Shown in pieces: positions 13,021-27,434 of a stretch of 64,000 nt of DNA. The translations under genes were made by a program, and so were the position numbers. The notes beneath the pieces were generated by a model that worked only from the letters and a program-made list of their open reading frames with translations, was not told the origin of the DNA and searched no databases. The stretch spans positions 992,001 to 1,056,000 of the forward strand of contig NC_135823.1 of NCBI RefSeq assembly GCF_964213995.1. The letters are read 5' to 3'. The number at the start of each line of letters is the position of its first letter. Positions within the stretch are counted from its first letter, which is position 1. The stretch comes from Mustelus asterias. Lineage: Eukaryota.

Positions 13021-16000
13021 AACGCGCGAAGTATAAAAGGTAGGCTGCAGTAGACAGCGGGCAGCGTCGGGAGTGGGCAGCGGAGTGTGTGGGAGGCACA
13101 GTGTGAGGTATAAGGGCTTTGGCTCACAGGGCTTAGGCAAAAAGGGCGAGCAGGGGTGAGTTTAATTCATTTTTGCTGTTTCTACCTGGTACTGGCAAGT
13201 TACCTGGAGGGGATGGGTGTGCAGGCAGTGCTATGTTCCTCTTGCGCTATGTTTGAGGTGAGGGACGACGTCAGTGTCCCTGCTGATTACACCTGTGGGA
13301 AGTGCACCCATCTGCAGCTCCTCCAAAACTGTGTTAGGGAACTGGAGCTGGAGTTGGATGAACTTAGGATCATTAGGGACGCAGAGTTGGCCATAGACCG
13401 AAGCTTTAGGGATACAGTTACTCCGAGGAATGAAAATAGATGGGTGACGGTGAGAGGGGCAGGGAGGAAGCAGTCAGTGCAGGGATCCCCTGTGGTCGTT
13501 CCCCTTAGCAACAAGTATTCCGCTTTGGATACGGTTGAGGCGGACAACATATCAGTGGTGAGCCGCAGTGAGAGGATCTCCAGCACTGTGTCCGTCTCTC
13601 TGGCGCGGGAGGGTAAGGGGGAGAGCGGACGGGCAATAATTATTGGGGACTCATTAGTTAGAGGGATAGATAGGATGTTCTGTGGCAGCAAAAGAGACTC
13701 TAGGATGGTATGCTGCCGAACAGATGCCAGGGTCCGTGATGTCTCGGACCGTGTCTTCTGGATTCTTAAGGGGAAGGGGAAACAGTCACAAGTCGTGGTA
13801 TACATTGGTACCAACGACATCGGTAAGAGAAGATTTAAAACAGGAATTTTGAGAGCTGGGCTGGAAGCTGAGAGCCAAGACAAAACATGTGGTCATCTCT
13901 GGTACGTTACCGGTGCCACGTGATAGCGAGTTGAGGAAAAGGGAGAGAGTGCAGTTAAACATGTGTTTGCAGGGATGGTGTAGGAGGGAGGGTTTCAGAC
14001 ACGTGGATAATTGGAACACATTCTGGGGAAGGTGGGACCTGTTCAAACAGGCCGGGGTGCACCTGAACCAGAGGGGCACCAATATCCTGGGAGGGAAATT
14101 TGCTACAGCTCTTCAGGGGGGTTTAAACTAATTTGTCAGGGGAGTGGGAAAAGGAGTTGTAGTCCAGAAGTCAGTGTTGAGGGTGGTGAGGTATTGGGGA
14201 AGGTATCAAGGTCAAGGGTGGGTACTGGAAGACAGGAAGATCGGTTGAAGTGTGTCTACTTCAATGCAAGGAGCATCCGGAACAAGGTAGATGAACTTGG
14301 GGCGTGGATTGGTACTTGGGACAACGATGTTGTGGCCATTACGGAGACGTGGGTAGAACAATGACAGGAATGGTTGTTGGACGTTCCGGGGTAGAGATGT
14401 TTCAGTAAGTGTATGGAAGCCGGTAAAAGAGGTGGATGAGTAGCATTGTTAATCAAGGATAGTTTAACGGCTGCGGAAAGGCACTTCGAGGGGGATCTGC
14501 ACACTCAGGTAATATGGGCTGAGGTTAGAAATAGGAAAGGAGCGGTCACGTTGTTAGGAGTTTACTATAGGCCCCCAAATAGTAATAGAGATGTGGAGGA
14601 AGAAATTGCTAAGCAGATTATGGATATGTGTCGGGGTCACAGGATAGTTGTCATGGGGGACTTTAATTTTCCAAATATTGATTGGAACCTTTGTAGGTCA
14701 AATAGTTCGGAGGGGGCAGTTTTTGTGCAGTGTGTGCAGGAGGGTTTCCTGACACAATATGTGGATAGGCCGACAAGAGGTGAGGCCACATTAGATTTGG
14801 TACTGGGAAATGAACCGGGCCAAGTGTTAGATTTGGTTGTGGGAGAGCACTTTGGAGATAGTGACCACAGTTCAGTGTCTTTTGTTATTGCAATGGAGAG
14901 GGATAGGGCCGTACGGCAGGGCAAGGTTTACAATTGCGGGTGAGGTAATTATGCTGCGATGAGGCAAGAATTAGGGGTCATAAGATGGGAACAGAAACTG
15001 TCAGGGAAAGGCACTGATGAAAAGTGGAACTTTTTCAAGGAACAAATACTGGGTGTCCTTGATAGGTATGTCCCTGTCAGGCAGAGAGGAAATGGCCGAG
15101 TGAGGGAACCACGGTTCACGAAAGAGGTGGAATGTCTTGTGAAAAGGAAGAGGGAAGCTTATCTAGGGATGAGGAAACAAGGTTCAGATGGCTCGATTGA
15201 GGGTTACAAGTTAGCAAGGAATGAGCTGAAAATGGGGCATAGGAGAGCTAGGAGGGGACATGAGAAGTCCTTGGTGGGTCGGATCAAGGAAAACCCCATG
15301 GCTTTTTACTCTTATGTGAGGAATAAAAGAATGACCAGGGTGAGGTTAGTGCCGGTCAAGGACAGTAGTGGGAACTTGTGTATGGAGTCAGTAGAGATAG
15401 GCGAGGTGATGAATGAATACTTTTCTTCAGTGTTCACCAAGGAGAGGGGCCATGTTTTTGAGGACGAGAAGGTGTTACAGGCTAATATGCTGGAGGAAAT
15501 AGATGTTCTGAGGGAGGATGTACTGGCAGTTTTGAATGAACCGAAGTTCGATAAGTCCCCTGGGCCTGATGAAATATATTCTTGGATTCTTTGGGAGGCA
15601 AGGGATGAGATTGCAGAGCCTTTGGCTTTGATCTTTGGGTCCTCACTGTCCACAGGGATGGTGCCAGAGGACTGGAGAGTGGCGAATGTTGTTCCTCTGT
15701 TTAAGAAAGGGAATAGAAATGACCCTGGTAATTATAGAAAAGTTAGTCTTACTGCGGTGGTTGGTAAATTGATGGAAAAGGTCCTGAGGGATGGGATTTA
15801 CGACCATTTAGAAAGATGCGGATTATTCCGGGATAGTCAGCACGGATTCGTGAAGGGCAAGTAGTGCCTCACAAATTTGATAGAATTTTTTGAGGAGGTA
15901 ACTAAGTGTGTTGATGAAGGTAGGGCAGTTGATGTCATATACATGGATTTTAGTAAGGCGTTTGATAACGTCCCTCATGGTCGGCTTATGATGAAAGTAA

Positions 16001-17105
16001 GGAGGTGTGGGATAGAGGGAAAGTTGACAGATTGGATAGGTAACTGGCTATCTGATCGAAGAAGAGGGTGGTGGTGGATGGAAATTTTTTGGACTGGAGG
16101 CAGGTTGCCAGCGGAGTGCCACAGGGATCAATGCTTGGTCCTCTGCTCTTTGTGATTTTTATTCATGACTTTGAGGAGGGGGCTGAAGGGTGGATCAGTA
16201 AATTTGCTGATGACACCAAGATTGGTGGAGGAGTGGATGAGGTGGAGGGCTGTTGTAGACTGCAAAGAGACATAGATAGGATGCAAAGCTGGGCTGAAAA
16301 ATGGCAAATGGAGTTTAACCCTGATAAATGTGTAGGTGATTCATTTTGGTAGGACAAATTTAAATGTGGATTACAGGGTCAAAGGTAGGATTCTGAAGAC
16401 TGTGGTGGAACAGAGAGATCTTGGGGTCCATATCCACAGATCTCTAAAGGTTGCCACTCAAGTGGATAGAGCTGTGAAGAAGACCTATAGTGTGTTAGCT
16501 TTTATTAAGAGAGGGTTGGAGTTTAAGAGCCGTGGGGTTATGCTGCAACTCTACAGGACCTTGGTGAGACCACGTTTGGAATATTGTGTGCAGTTCTGGT
16601 CACCTCACTATAAGAAGGATGTGGAAGCGCTGGAAAGAGTGCAGAGGAGATTTACCAGGATGCTGCCTGGTTTGGAGGGTAGGTCTTATGAGCAAAGGTT
16701 GAGGGAGCTAGGGGTGTTCTCTCCGGAGTGGAGGAGGCTGAGGGGAGACTTAATAGAGTTTTATAAAATGATGAAGGGGATAGATAGAGTGAACATTCAA
16801 AGACTATTTCCTCGGGTGAATGGAGCTATTACAAGGGCGGAAGACTATAGGGTTCATGGTGGGAGATATAGGAAGGATATCAGAGGAAGGATCTTTACGC
16901 AGAGAGTGGTTGGGGTGTGGAATGGACTGCCTGCAGTGATAGTGGAGTCAGACACTTTAGGAACATTTAAGCGGTTATTGGATAGGCACATCGAACACAC
17001 CAGGATGATAGTGAGTGGGATAGCTTGATCTTGGTTTTAGATAAAGCTCGGCACAACATCGTGGGCCGAAGGGCCTGTTCTGTGCTGTACTGTTCTATGT
17101 TCTGC
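12382..17105 (+). mobile_element. Near full-length CR1 LINE (disrupted ORF1 and ORF2)
   Basis: ORF1 about 13213-14131 with CxxC..CxxC finger, leucine zipper and SGNH esterase (IIGDSLVR); ORF2 about 14132-17028 with APE endonuclease and RT (KFADDTK); CR1 hairpin and TGTTCTA tail. Confidence 0.95.
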
Positions 17106-17325
17106 TGCTGACCATGAAATCATTGCCCATTTTCGCATAAACCCACCTGCTTCACTCATGTTCTTTAGGGAAGGAAATCTGGCATCCTTCCCTGGCCTGG
17201 CCTCCATGTGATGGCAAATGCATAGCAAAGTGATTGATTCTCAAATGCCCTCTAAGGGCGACAAGGGATGAGCAATAAACGTTGGGCAATCGGCGACGCC
17301 CATGTCCCACGAATAAATAAAAAAG

Positions 17326-18045
17326 ATGGACATGGAAAGGTTAGGAGAACGGACCAAAATTTGGCAGATTGAATTTAACGGATGTAAGTGTGATGTTATA
17401 CATTCTGGAAAGAGGGATAAAAATGTAGTGCATCAGCCGTTTCGAGAGAAACTTCAAAATTCGTTGATGCGGAGGGATCTGTGTGTCATTGTGCGTGAAT
17501 CCCAGGAAGACAATATGTCGGCAGAATGTACTAAGGAAGGCAAATGGAATCTTGACATTCATTCCGAATAGAATAGAGTACAAACATGGTGAAGTGCTGA
17601 TACAACTGTGTCGGGCATTGTTGAGACTGCATCTGGATTACTGTGGTCCCTTTACTTGAGGAAGGAAGCAAATGCATTAACATTAAGCAGTTTCGGCCTA
17701 TTTTGGCTGGAGATTTGGAGAATAGCACAAGTTCTAATTGAGTTAAATAAGCTGCGAAGGAGGGTTAAGGGGGTAGACGTAGCGCCAATGTTTCCCTCTG
17801 TTGGATATTCTATTAACAGTGGCCACAGTTTTACGATAAGGGGTGGCAGAATTAAAGAAAAGAAACGGGGAGGAATTATTTCACTGAAATGGTAGCGAAT
17901 CTGCAGAACTCTCCACTCCTATGTGCAGTGAGAGTCAGAGCAATACAAAATTGGAGCTGGATAGCTTTTTAATTAGTTGTGCGATGAAGGGTTGTGGGGA
18001 AAGATCAGAAAGATGGGTATTACCTTCTCCTAATTCTTATGTTCA
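17326..18045 (+). mobile_element. Old CR1 RT 3' fragment
   Basis: IWQIEFN..KCDVIH and RDLCVIV motifs, decayed. Confidence 0.75.
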
Positions 18046-18343
18046 GATGTGGGAATTGGAAGTAGGTTCAAGAAGGGACAGAATAGCTCAGGGGCTGTCT
18101 GGAGATCTTGGCTCTGTCTGTTTGAAAGCTGTATTGATTATGTATTGTGATGCATCACTTCTGTGTCCTGGGACTGTGCACAATGACATTTACTTCTGAA
18201 AGAAGATTATCACCTATCAATCTGTATTTTTGTTCAAATGGTTCAGTCGATTTTATCGCCAGAATCGTAGAATCGATGCCAGTTACACCTCAGAAAGATG
18301 ACATTCGGACCATCGCGCATGTGCCAGCTCTTTGAATGTGCAT

Positions 18344-19299
18344 TGTTGTCCCACATCCCAGGACAAGGATTAGCTCGCATGTTGCAACCAGACGACTAAA
18401 TGCTACTACCTGTACTGTGTTAAGTCTCATAGCAGGCCATGAACTCCAAGGTGCTTCTTTTCAGCTCGCCTCGTTCTTATTTTCTTATATTTGAATTTGG
18501 CACAGATGAGCATAAGGTGTTTCACTCCAGGTATGATTCAAGTGACCCAACGGAAGCTTTTATCAAGCAAAGAGGATTTAATATCACAGTTAAAATTAAA
18601 TTAAAAGAATTAGCATAACTTTTACCAATAGCAAGATTCAAACACAGTGCAGTATTGACATTACGAGCTGGCCACCTATGATGTGCCAAGCCAAACACCA
18701 TCCCCCAACCTTACACCCCTTCCGACACGTGGCAGAAACAACAACTAGGCACAAGTGATGCAGGATTTTCAGCCTTTTAACATCTCCTGTCAATTGGTCC
18801 TTTGAGTGTTAGATTTAAAAATTAAAACTCTGAGGCTTCTCTGTCCTGGAACTTCCAAAAGGCCTCTGGAGAGATAAAGCGGCAGGGACAATGCCTGCCT
18901 CTATCAGCTCCTGACACCAACTCACAGACAGCAGATTTTCCAACTCCAGAGAGAGACCAGAAGAGCACTGTTTTGCTCTCCACCTCAGGCTACGACTGAA
19001 CAGAAAAACTAAAAACTTGGAATTTTCTGTCGAAAAAAAAACTGTCCCCAGGCAGCACCTGACCAGTCAACTATGCTCCACCTGACAATTCCCAGATGAA
19101 AAACCCTCATAAAACCCCAAGGTTCTGCATTCAGCAAGATTAAAAATAGACCTGTGGGCAATTATATTGCTTCAGTAATAATTAGAGGATACTGGTTACA
19201 GACAAAATGGTGCCAAAAAAACAAATGCCAGGATCTGCATGAAAACCCTGCTAAGAAACCTGATTAAAATACATTTCTTAACGGCACAGTACCGTCACA
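18344..19299 (-). mobile_element. Possible solo LTR
   Basis: TG...CA ends; minus-strand start TGTGACGGTACTGTGCCGTTAAG resembles gypsy-type LTR termini; no clear TSD. Confidence 0.4.
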
Positions 19300-19749
19300 A
19301 CTGCTTACAGGTCACCATGACTGAGTCAGGAGACATTTAACTCTTGAATGTAATAGTTTCGAAACATTGACACAATTGCGTCATCAAATAAATTCGTCAG
19401 TCATATGTGCGAGGAAATTTGAAATGTTTTTTTACCGAGATATTGAAATATGCTTCCAAGCCACATTTAGTTTCATAAACTTTTAAAAACTAAACAGGAA
19501 ATCATTGGTCTGATTAGTACTGGATAAATAAATTCTGATATAATCTATAACTTCTATCAATTCAACTTCATAACCAATATCATCAGTCTCAAATTAAAAA
19601 CGTTTTTTTCTTCTAAAATGCATAGCTCACAGATATTGCAAATTGACTCCGCAGACACTTGTTATACGTTTAAGGTGGATCAGTTGATCTTCCTAAACTC
19701 AATTCGTTGATCCAGAAATTTACTTCAACCATCGGCAAAATGTGATTTA

Positions 19750-20540
19750 ATCCTGTCTCATATATTGGACACAGTGAAAAATATTGTTTCTTGTGCACTA
19801 TACAAAGCATACCGTTCATAGAGTACACAGATTTGATGTGTTTTGATTTATCGTTGTCACATATATTGGGATACAGTAAAAGGTTTTGTGTTTTGTGCGC
19901 TATACAGACAAAACATACCGTTTATAGAGTACAAAGGTGACAAGGGACATAGTGGGTACAGGATGTGCTGTTACAGTCACAACTGGGGTGGTGAGAAAGA
20001 TCAACTTAATATTAGGTAGTTCCACTGAAAAGTCTAATGACAGCAGGGAAGAAAGTGATATTGAGTCGGTTGGTACATGAACTCAGACTTTTGTATTTTT
20101 TCCCAATGGAAGAGGGCGGAAGAGAAAATGACCGGGGTGCGTGGTGTAATTGATTATGCTGGCTGCTTTTCTGAGGCAACATGAAGTAGAGACAGAGTCA
20201 ATGGATGGGGGGCTTGTACTGGACTGGGCTACATTCACACTCTTTGCAGTTCTTTCCTGCCTTGGATGGAGCAGGAGCCATGCCACGCTGTGATACATCC
20301 GGAAAGGATGCCTTCCGTTGTGCATCTGTAATAATTTGTGAGAGTCGTAGCGGACATGCCAAACTTCCTTAGCCTTCTGAGAAAGTAGAGGCATTTGTTG
20401 GTTTTCTATAACAATACGTCGAAATGGAGATTCCAGGGCTGGTTGTTCGTGATCTAGACCTAAGAACATGAACCTCGCGACCATACCCACTTCATCAGAC
20501 AGTGGCATGTTCTCCACTACACTTCCTCAAGTCGCTGACA
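19750..20540 (-). mobile_element. LINE 3' fragment (Rex1/L2-like)
   Basis: Decayed RT C-terminus (CCLRKAASII...HPGHFLFRPLPLG); locally duplicated ~85-bp 3' end. Confidence 0.65.
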
Positions 20541-23500
20541 TTCAGCTATTGGTCGCAACAAATTAATAAATCCTGAGGCTGGAATGTTCAATACACTCCA
20601 CTCAGAGGAAATTAGAAATGATTGTGGAAATTGTTGGAAGATCTGTACCATGGGTGTGGTTTTGGGAAGGAAGTGGTTTTAAGATGGTCCAAAAAACAAT
20701 GACACTGTTAATATGCTTTATAAAACGTTTCATTTGCTTGTCACTGTGGGATCTCTCCGCATGATTATCTGAAACAAGAAACTGCAATTAATATTTTAAA
20801 GTGATGGCTATGAGTCTTGGACAGCACGGTGGCACAGTGATTAGCACTGCTTCTTCAGCAGCGCAAAGGACCCGGGTTCAATTCCGAACTTGGGTGACTG
20901 TGCAGTGTCTGCATGTTCTCCCCGTGTCTGCTTGGTTCCCTCCGGGTGCTCCTGTTTCCTCCCACAGTCCGAAAAACGTGCTGGCTCGGTGCCATGGCCA
21001 CGATAAATTCTCCCTCAGTAGACCCGAATAGGCGCCGGAATGTGGCGACCAGGGGATTGTCACAGTAACGTCATTGCAGTGTCAATGTGTGATTGCTTGG
21101 AACGCTATAAATAAACAAACAACCACTCCCAAAGTCCCCTTGTCGTCAAAATCAAACGCTTGTTCGGGTACAATAAGGGGTAATTTAGTGTGGCCAATGA
21201 ACCAAATCAGCACGTGTTTCGGAATGTGACAGGAAACCCACGCAGACACGGGGAGAACGTCCAGACTCTGCACAGACGGTGACCCAAGCCGGGAATCGAG
21301 ACCGGGTCCATGGAGCTGAGAGGCAGCAGTGCTAACAACATCAATATAGTCAGTGTGGGGTGTGGCCGGGAGGGCAATTGTCGTGTATTCATATCCCCTC
21401 TGCTCCTTCCCCATGTTTCCAGAAGATCGAATTCTTAATTAATTGTTACCGTGTGCGTTCACATTATACAGTGCGATCCCAGTGAGCTGCCGGTGCAGGG
21501 ATTAGTCACCTACATTAATTAGTTATATTAATCTGAATGTGAAGAGCCTAATGGAAAAGATTATTGATGAAGTGGGTTCGGAAATGAGCCGAGAGTTTTG
21601 AGTCTTACTGAGTCTCTGAACTATTTTGCAGAAATGCTTGATCTGGATTGGTGAAGAAGCGAGTGAGTAGAGGCAGCAGCAGAGCGTGGGGCTCGGCAGC
21701 AAACAGGTGCATTGCCTGTGACCGCGGCTGTTTGCTATGAATGTCGAAACACCCTTACCCACAGTCCATTCGGGGCTGTGCAAAATGCACTGTTGGGCGG
21801 AGATGGTTGACCAAGATTCTGACCACTTTAACAACTCATGCTTGAGATGGAAAATAATGTTCGAGCCAGAAGCTCTGTGTCGCTTTCCTGTTTTCAGAGT
21901 TGAGGCGCTTCAGGTACAGAACTGTCTGCAGTGGTGAAATGCTGGGATTGAGTGTTAAGCTGCAAATTAAAGTGTGCTTGCTGCCGGGGGAGGATTGGTG
22001 TCAACAGAGAACAGGTGAGAACACAATTAGACCGATATACAGCACGGAAACAGGACCTTCGGCCCAACTCCTCCATTTTGACTTGGTTTCCGAAGCTGAA
22101 CTAGTCCCATTTGCCTGCTTTTGGAATATATCCCTCTCAACATCTATGTCCGCGTCCAAATCGTTGTGGTTACACACGTCTCTACAACCTCACCTGGTAG
22201 CACCTTCCATGTACGCAGCACCCTTCAGGACCCTTTTAAATAATCACCCTCTCACCTTCAAGCTTTTCCCTCTAAATTTGGATTCTTCTATCCTGGGGAA
22301 AATGGTCCTGTCTATTCGCCGTATCTATACCCCTGGTGATTTTATAAACCTCCATAATGTAAAGCTCATGCAAATTTACAAATCGACCTGACAACATGTA
22401 AGCATTTGACTTTTTAAATTTGTGTCACAAATAGGCGTACATTAACACTGCAATGAAGTTACTGCGAATACCCCCACGTCGCCACACTTCACAGCCTATT
22501 CGGGTGCACTGAGGGAGAATTTAGCATGGCCAATGCACGTTACCAACATGTCTTTCGGACTGTGCAAGGAAACCTGAGCACCCGGAGGAAACCAGACACA
22601 GATTAAACCTGCTTACTTCGCAAAGACATCGGCCCTGCAAGGTGGCACCTGGTTATCACTGCTGCCTCACGACACCAGAGACCCGGGTTTAATTTCCGGC
22701 TTTGGTGGCTGTCTGTGTTGAATTTGCACACAGGAACTGAACTCAGTTCACTGGACTCAGGTCACAACTGCATTGTGCCACCGTGCCAACCTGTTGATGT
22801 ATTCGCTGTGAATCAACTTGACGCACAACTCTTTTTGTTGAGGTTTCTCGTGCAATTCACTGAGAATATACAGACCAAACTGCAGGGGAATATAATTGTA
22901 ACGCCACAACGTCATTATTTTTTACAAAGACCTGAATTCAACTTTGGGCTAAACTTTATTCCCCACCCACTCCATAGTACAAAGAGAAAATTGCGCCACT
23001 GGAATCGGCACAAACAAGATTTCTGAGAAGGATAGCAGGACTGAAATTATATAAATAACAGGAAAGGGAAAACAGGCTGGGACTCTTTTTACTCAAGACG
23101 ACAAGGCCGAATGCGACAGATTCAATGTACTAAAAATTGGATCAGCAGCACTATCTCAGTGACGGTTTTCTGTTTCTGGGGAGGTGATGGCCACGTGGTA
23201 TAACAGGTAGATTCGTAAACCCAAAACTAAGCTAATGCTCTGGGAACACGCGTTCGAATCCCGGGCAGGTGATGGAATTTGAACTCAATACAAAATATCT
23301 GGAATTGAGGACCTACTATGACTATGAACTGATTGTTGATTGTCAGGAAAGAACCCATCTGGTTCACTTAAGTCCTTTCAGGAAGGAAATCTGCTGTCCT
23401 TACGCGGCCTAGCCTACATGTGACTTTAGAGCCACAACAATATGGTTGACTCTTAACTGACCTCCAAGTGCAACAAGGGATGGGCAGTGAATGTTGGCCA

Positions 23501-24501
23501 GCCATGACCCACGAATGATTAAAAACACAGCGATTTAAAATGTAAGAAACGTTTACCCAGAGTATTGAGCACACATCCATCCAATAGTACTCTGACTTTC
23601 AATCGAGAAAAGTTATTGATTGCACTCTACCCGTTGGGTGCTGTGACACACAAACAGTGAGGTATGTCAAACGAATGTTGTGTTCACCCTAACACTGCCC
23701 ACAATGGTGTCATACTTTCCACAGCCCAGTTTGCCATAGTTTCCACCGAATCTGAAAAGCCCCAACGCAGTAGGACTCAGATCAGGTCAGTGTGCAGTCT
23801 GCCGAAGCTACGCAGTCAGACAGAATACAAAGAAAACTATATCAACATATTCAAATAATCTTTTTCTCTGTTAATCGTATTCCAAGTACTGCGACTTCAC
23901 TGTAAGTGAGAGGCGAGTGTGAATTTTAAGCGGAATCACTTTTATATACCAGCATTTAAATTTTCTGAGCTGAAAACGTGAGCCAGTGTTTAGGTGAAGG
24001 AATTTGACCTGATCATATAAAATTATTACTGTTTGCACCCGTAAAACTGAGAAAAAATAAAGAAAAGAATAAATGTAACCAACAATGATGACAAAGAATA
24101 ATGACATTCAATGGCATGGTGTAACAATGGTCAGCACGGCTGTCTCACAGGGCCAGGGTCACGAGTTCGATTCCCAGCAGGGAACACTATTTGTGTGGAG
24201 TTTGCACATTCTTCCCCGTGTCAGCATGCATTTCTTCTGGATGCCCCGGTTTCCTCCCAGAGTCCGAAAGGTACGCTGGTTAGGTGCACGGGCCATGTTA
24301 AATTCTTCCTCAATATACCTGAACAGGCAGCGGATTGTGCTGACTGGCGGATTTTTCACAGTAACGTCTTCGGCGTGTCAATGTCAGCCTACTTGTGCGA
24401 ATAATAAATAAACTTTAAACTTCAATTACAGGCGAGGTTTTTGTAAAGGGTGGCTTCAGATAATGCAGCACTCAGTCGTAATGTACCAACAATCTCTCAA
24501 G

Positions 24502-24835
24502 TTACAGAATCTGCGGCCTATCTGTCTCAAATCCCCTTCGCAATAACAGCTGAAGTGGGCCAGACGGTGGAATTATCCTGTTATAACACTTATGAAGTGG
24601 ATTTGGTGTCCAACTCTGCTTGGTGCAAGCAGCGTCTGGGTGAAGCCCCGGTACTAATAAACACTACATCCCGTGGTGGGGGCGACTGTAAGTTTATTTT
24701 TGAAAAAAACAATCCGTTGTAATGTATTGATTCTGAAAATGCGTCATGTGCAGACGAATGACTCGGGCTCCTACCACTGTACATATCAAGCTGGGTATGG
24801 ACCGCTCCAGAATGGGCCCACACTAGTGGTTGGAG
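24502..24835 (+). pseudogene. Gene B VJ-type V exon
   Basis: LSQIPFAITAEVGQTVELSC...WCKQRLGEAP.../NVLILKMRHVQTNDSGSYHC...LQNGPTLVVG|gtaag. Both V cysteines, W and DSGxYxC are present, with a J-like GxTLVVG end in the same exon. Confidence 0.85.
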
Positions 24836-24926
24836 GTAAGAGAGCAAAATAAATGTATTCAGATTGTGCACAGCATTACCATTTGCGTGTAAATTAATCG
24901 TTCACTGTGTCCCAATCTCTGTCCAA

Positions 24927-25257
24927 TCATTTCCAAAAATAAGACGGCTGTGCTGTTATTTTGTGCCACCGGGTGAGCTGGATTTGAATGACAATGTTCC
25001 CGTAGTGTGTTTTGTCAGTGGAGTTTCCTGCAACCAGATTACTATTTTCTGGAATATTTCTGGCCAGGTCACTGAAGGATGTCGTGATCCCGGGATAATG
25101 GATGCGGACGGAACCTACAGCGTCAGAACCCATGTCATGGTGTCCGGGGACACTTGGAGAAGCGGCACTGTCTGTTCTTGCATTGTTCAACTGGGAATTC
25201 CAGGCGGATACTGGACAAAGAGTGTGTCGTTCCCCGAAGCAGCAGAGGCTGGGACAG
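24927..25257 (+). pseudogene. Gene B C1-set Ig constant exon
   Basis: FVPP...VVCFVSGVSCNQITIFWN...DGTYSVRTHVMVSGDTWRSGTVCSCIV is a classic C1-set pattern (ORF 24864-25268). Confidence 0.9.
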
Positions 25258-26409
25258 GTGTTTTGTGAATCTCCTCGATGATGGTTTGAATTCCAGCCAC
25301 TAAGAAACTGAAGTCTATGAATTACATAGGAGAAACATTCAATTTTAATTGCTTTACCCCCGAGCCCGGTTGCATTTCCCCTTCAACTCAGAATATGGAT
25401 GACAGAGTAGCATAGTGGTTCGCACTGCTACCTCACAGCGGCATGGACCTCGGTTCAATTCCTGGCTTGGTTCACTGTCTGTGCAGACTCTGTACACCCC
25501 TTGTCTGCGTGGGTTTCCTCCGGGTGCTCTGGCTTCTTCTCACCGTCCGAAAATCGTGCTGGTTAGATGCATTCGTCGTGTTAAATTGTCCCTCAGTACA
25601 CCTTAACAGGCGCCAGAGTATGGGATATTCACATTTTAACTTCATTACAGAGTTAATGTAAGCCGATTTGTGACACTAATACTTCAACTCATCTGTTTTT
25701 CTTGATGAAAGTTATTAGTGAATCTCCCTCCACCAACCTTTTAAAACAGTGGGTTTTGGAATTGAATTGGGGTCAGTCCCATCCTGGATGCCTTTTGATG
25801 TTCGGAAAAGAAGTGGTGATTTAATTTTCTTCGATTCCTTTTCTCCTGAGGTATTATTTCAATTTCCTGGAATCTCACTTCAATATTTCTCGTTTCCGTT
25901 TGGTATCTGTTTTATTTTTAATTCCGATAACCTGCAATCCAATCGCATTAAAGTCAGGATCTAAAGCAGCACAGAAATTAGATTCGTAGATTATTTTACG
26001 CTGTTCGTTTCATAATCTGGAACACTCCTGAAAGGCCAACGGAACACATCTAAGGATACATTTCACAACTGGAATTGCATGTGCATTCGGTGGTGAGAAA
26101 TGTGCAGGGCTGCGAAGGAAAATTAGGTAGTGTGGCACTATTGCAATAGATTTTCAACGACGCGATGCGGACATTTTGGATCTGTATAATTACCTGATAC
26201 AGTTTTCAAATAAATGCTGGTGTGATGCTTTTATCATACAACCTGACGCACTCTGAATGTGAAGCTATCCTGACAGGCCTCTCAGATTATTGGTCCCTCA
26301 TCGCAAACATTATGTCATCATTCCATTCCGTACGTTCATGCGTTGCTAGAAATTCAATATGATGTTTCATTTCACTCCCAAGTTTGAGGACACCACTTTT
26401 TAACTTTTT

Positions 26410-27120
26410 TTCACTTCATTCGTGGGATCTGGGTGTCGCTGGCAAGGACAACATTTATTACCCATCCTTCGTTGCCTTTGAGACGTCGTGGTGAGCTGCA
26501 TTCTTCAAACGCTGTTGTCGACCTGTTGTGAGTTGACCCACAGTGCTGTTCGGAAGGAAGTTCCAGGATCTTGACTTAGTGACTGTGACGGAACGGCGAA
26601 ATATTTCCAAGCCAGGACAATGAGTGGCTTGAGGGGAACTTGCATGTGATAGTGCTCCCGTGTATCTCCTTTTGTCGTCCTGCGAGATGGAAGTGGCCAT
26701 TGGTTTGGAGGTGATGTCTCCGCATCGTTGTGGAATTGCTGCAGTGCAGCTTGTAGATATTACACTCCGCTGCTGCTGAGCGTCGGGTGGTGCAGGGAGT
26801 GGATGTGGTGCCAAACAAGTGGCTTGCTTTAACCTGGATGGTGAGTAGCTTCTTGAGTGTTGTTGGAGCTACTCTCAACCACGCACGTGGGGAGTACGCC
26901 ATCACTCTCCTGACCTGTGCCATGTAGAAAGTGGAAATGCTTTGAGGAGTCAGCACGTGCGTTACGCGCCACAGTGTTCCTAACCTCTCACCTGCTGTTG
27001 TAGCCGTTGTGTTTAAGTGGCGAGTTTAGTTGAGTTTTTGTTCAACTGTCAGCTCAAGGAATTTTCCAATGGGACATTCATTGATGGTAACACCAATGAA
27101 GGTCAAGGGGCATTTGTTCG
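26410..27120 (-). mobile_element. CR1/L2-group LINE 3' fragment
   Basis: ORF 26576-26956 (AQVRRVMAYSPRAW..PTTLKKL) and family-specific 3' tail. Confidence 0.8.
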
Positions 27121-27205
27121 AGTGTCTGAGTTCAGTTTCCTATCTTCGAAACCCAGAAGCAATTATTTGACGCAGCAGCAGTTTCTAAGTTTTTTCTCTC
27201 TGTAG

Positions 27206-27434
27206 GATTGTGCAAGTTGGAACATCCAATTGTCATAACTGTCCTGGTGATTCCGATTCTCCCCTAGGTCCTCCTTTATATTTGGATTTGGAAGAGCGGC
27301 AGATCAGGTGAGTAATAATGATCAGGAGGGATAATATCATGTTGTTCATCCAATGTGATTCCCCTCGTAGTTTTATGTTGCTGATCACAATGTCTTGTTT
27401 CAGGAGAGCGAGCAAAGGGAGCCCACAATGAAAT
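27206..27434 (+). pseudogene. Gene B TM exon and first cytoplasmic exon
   Basis: GLCKLEHPIVITVLVIPILP*VLLYIWIWKSGRS (27206-27307) and GERAKGAHNE (27404-27434), canonical AG/GT sites. Confidence 0.75.

Noticed and set aside
24502-25257. Rearranging Ig or TCR locus
   Set aside because: No RSS-flanked V/D/J segments were seen; V and the J-like strand share one exon, and the long tyrosine-bearing tail is unlike Ig or TCR.
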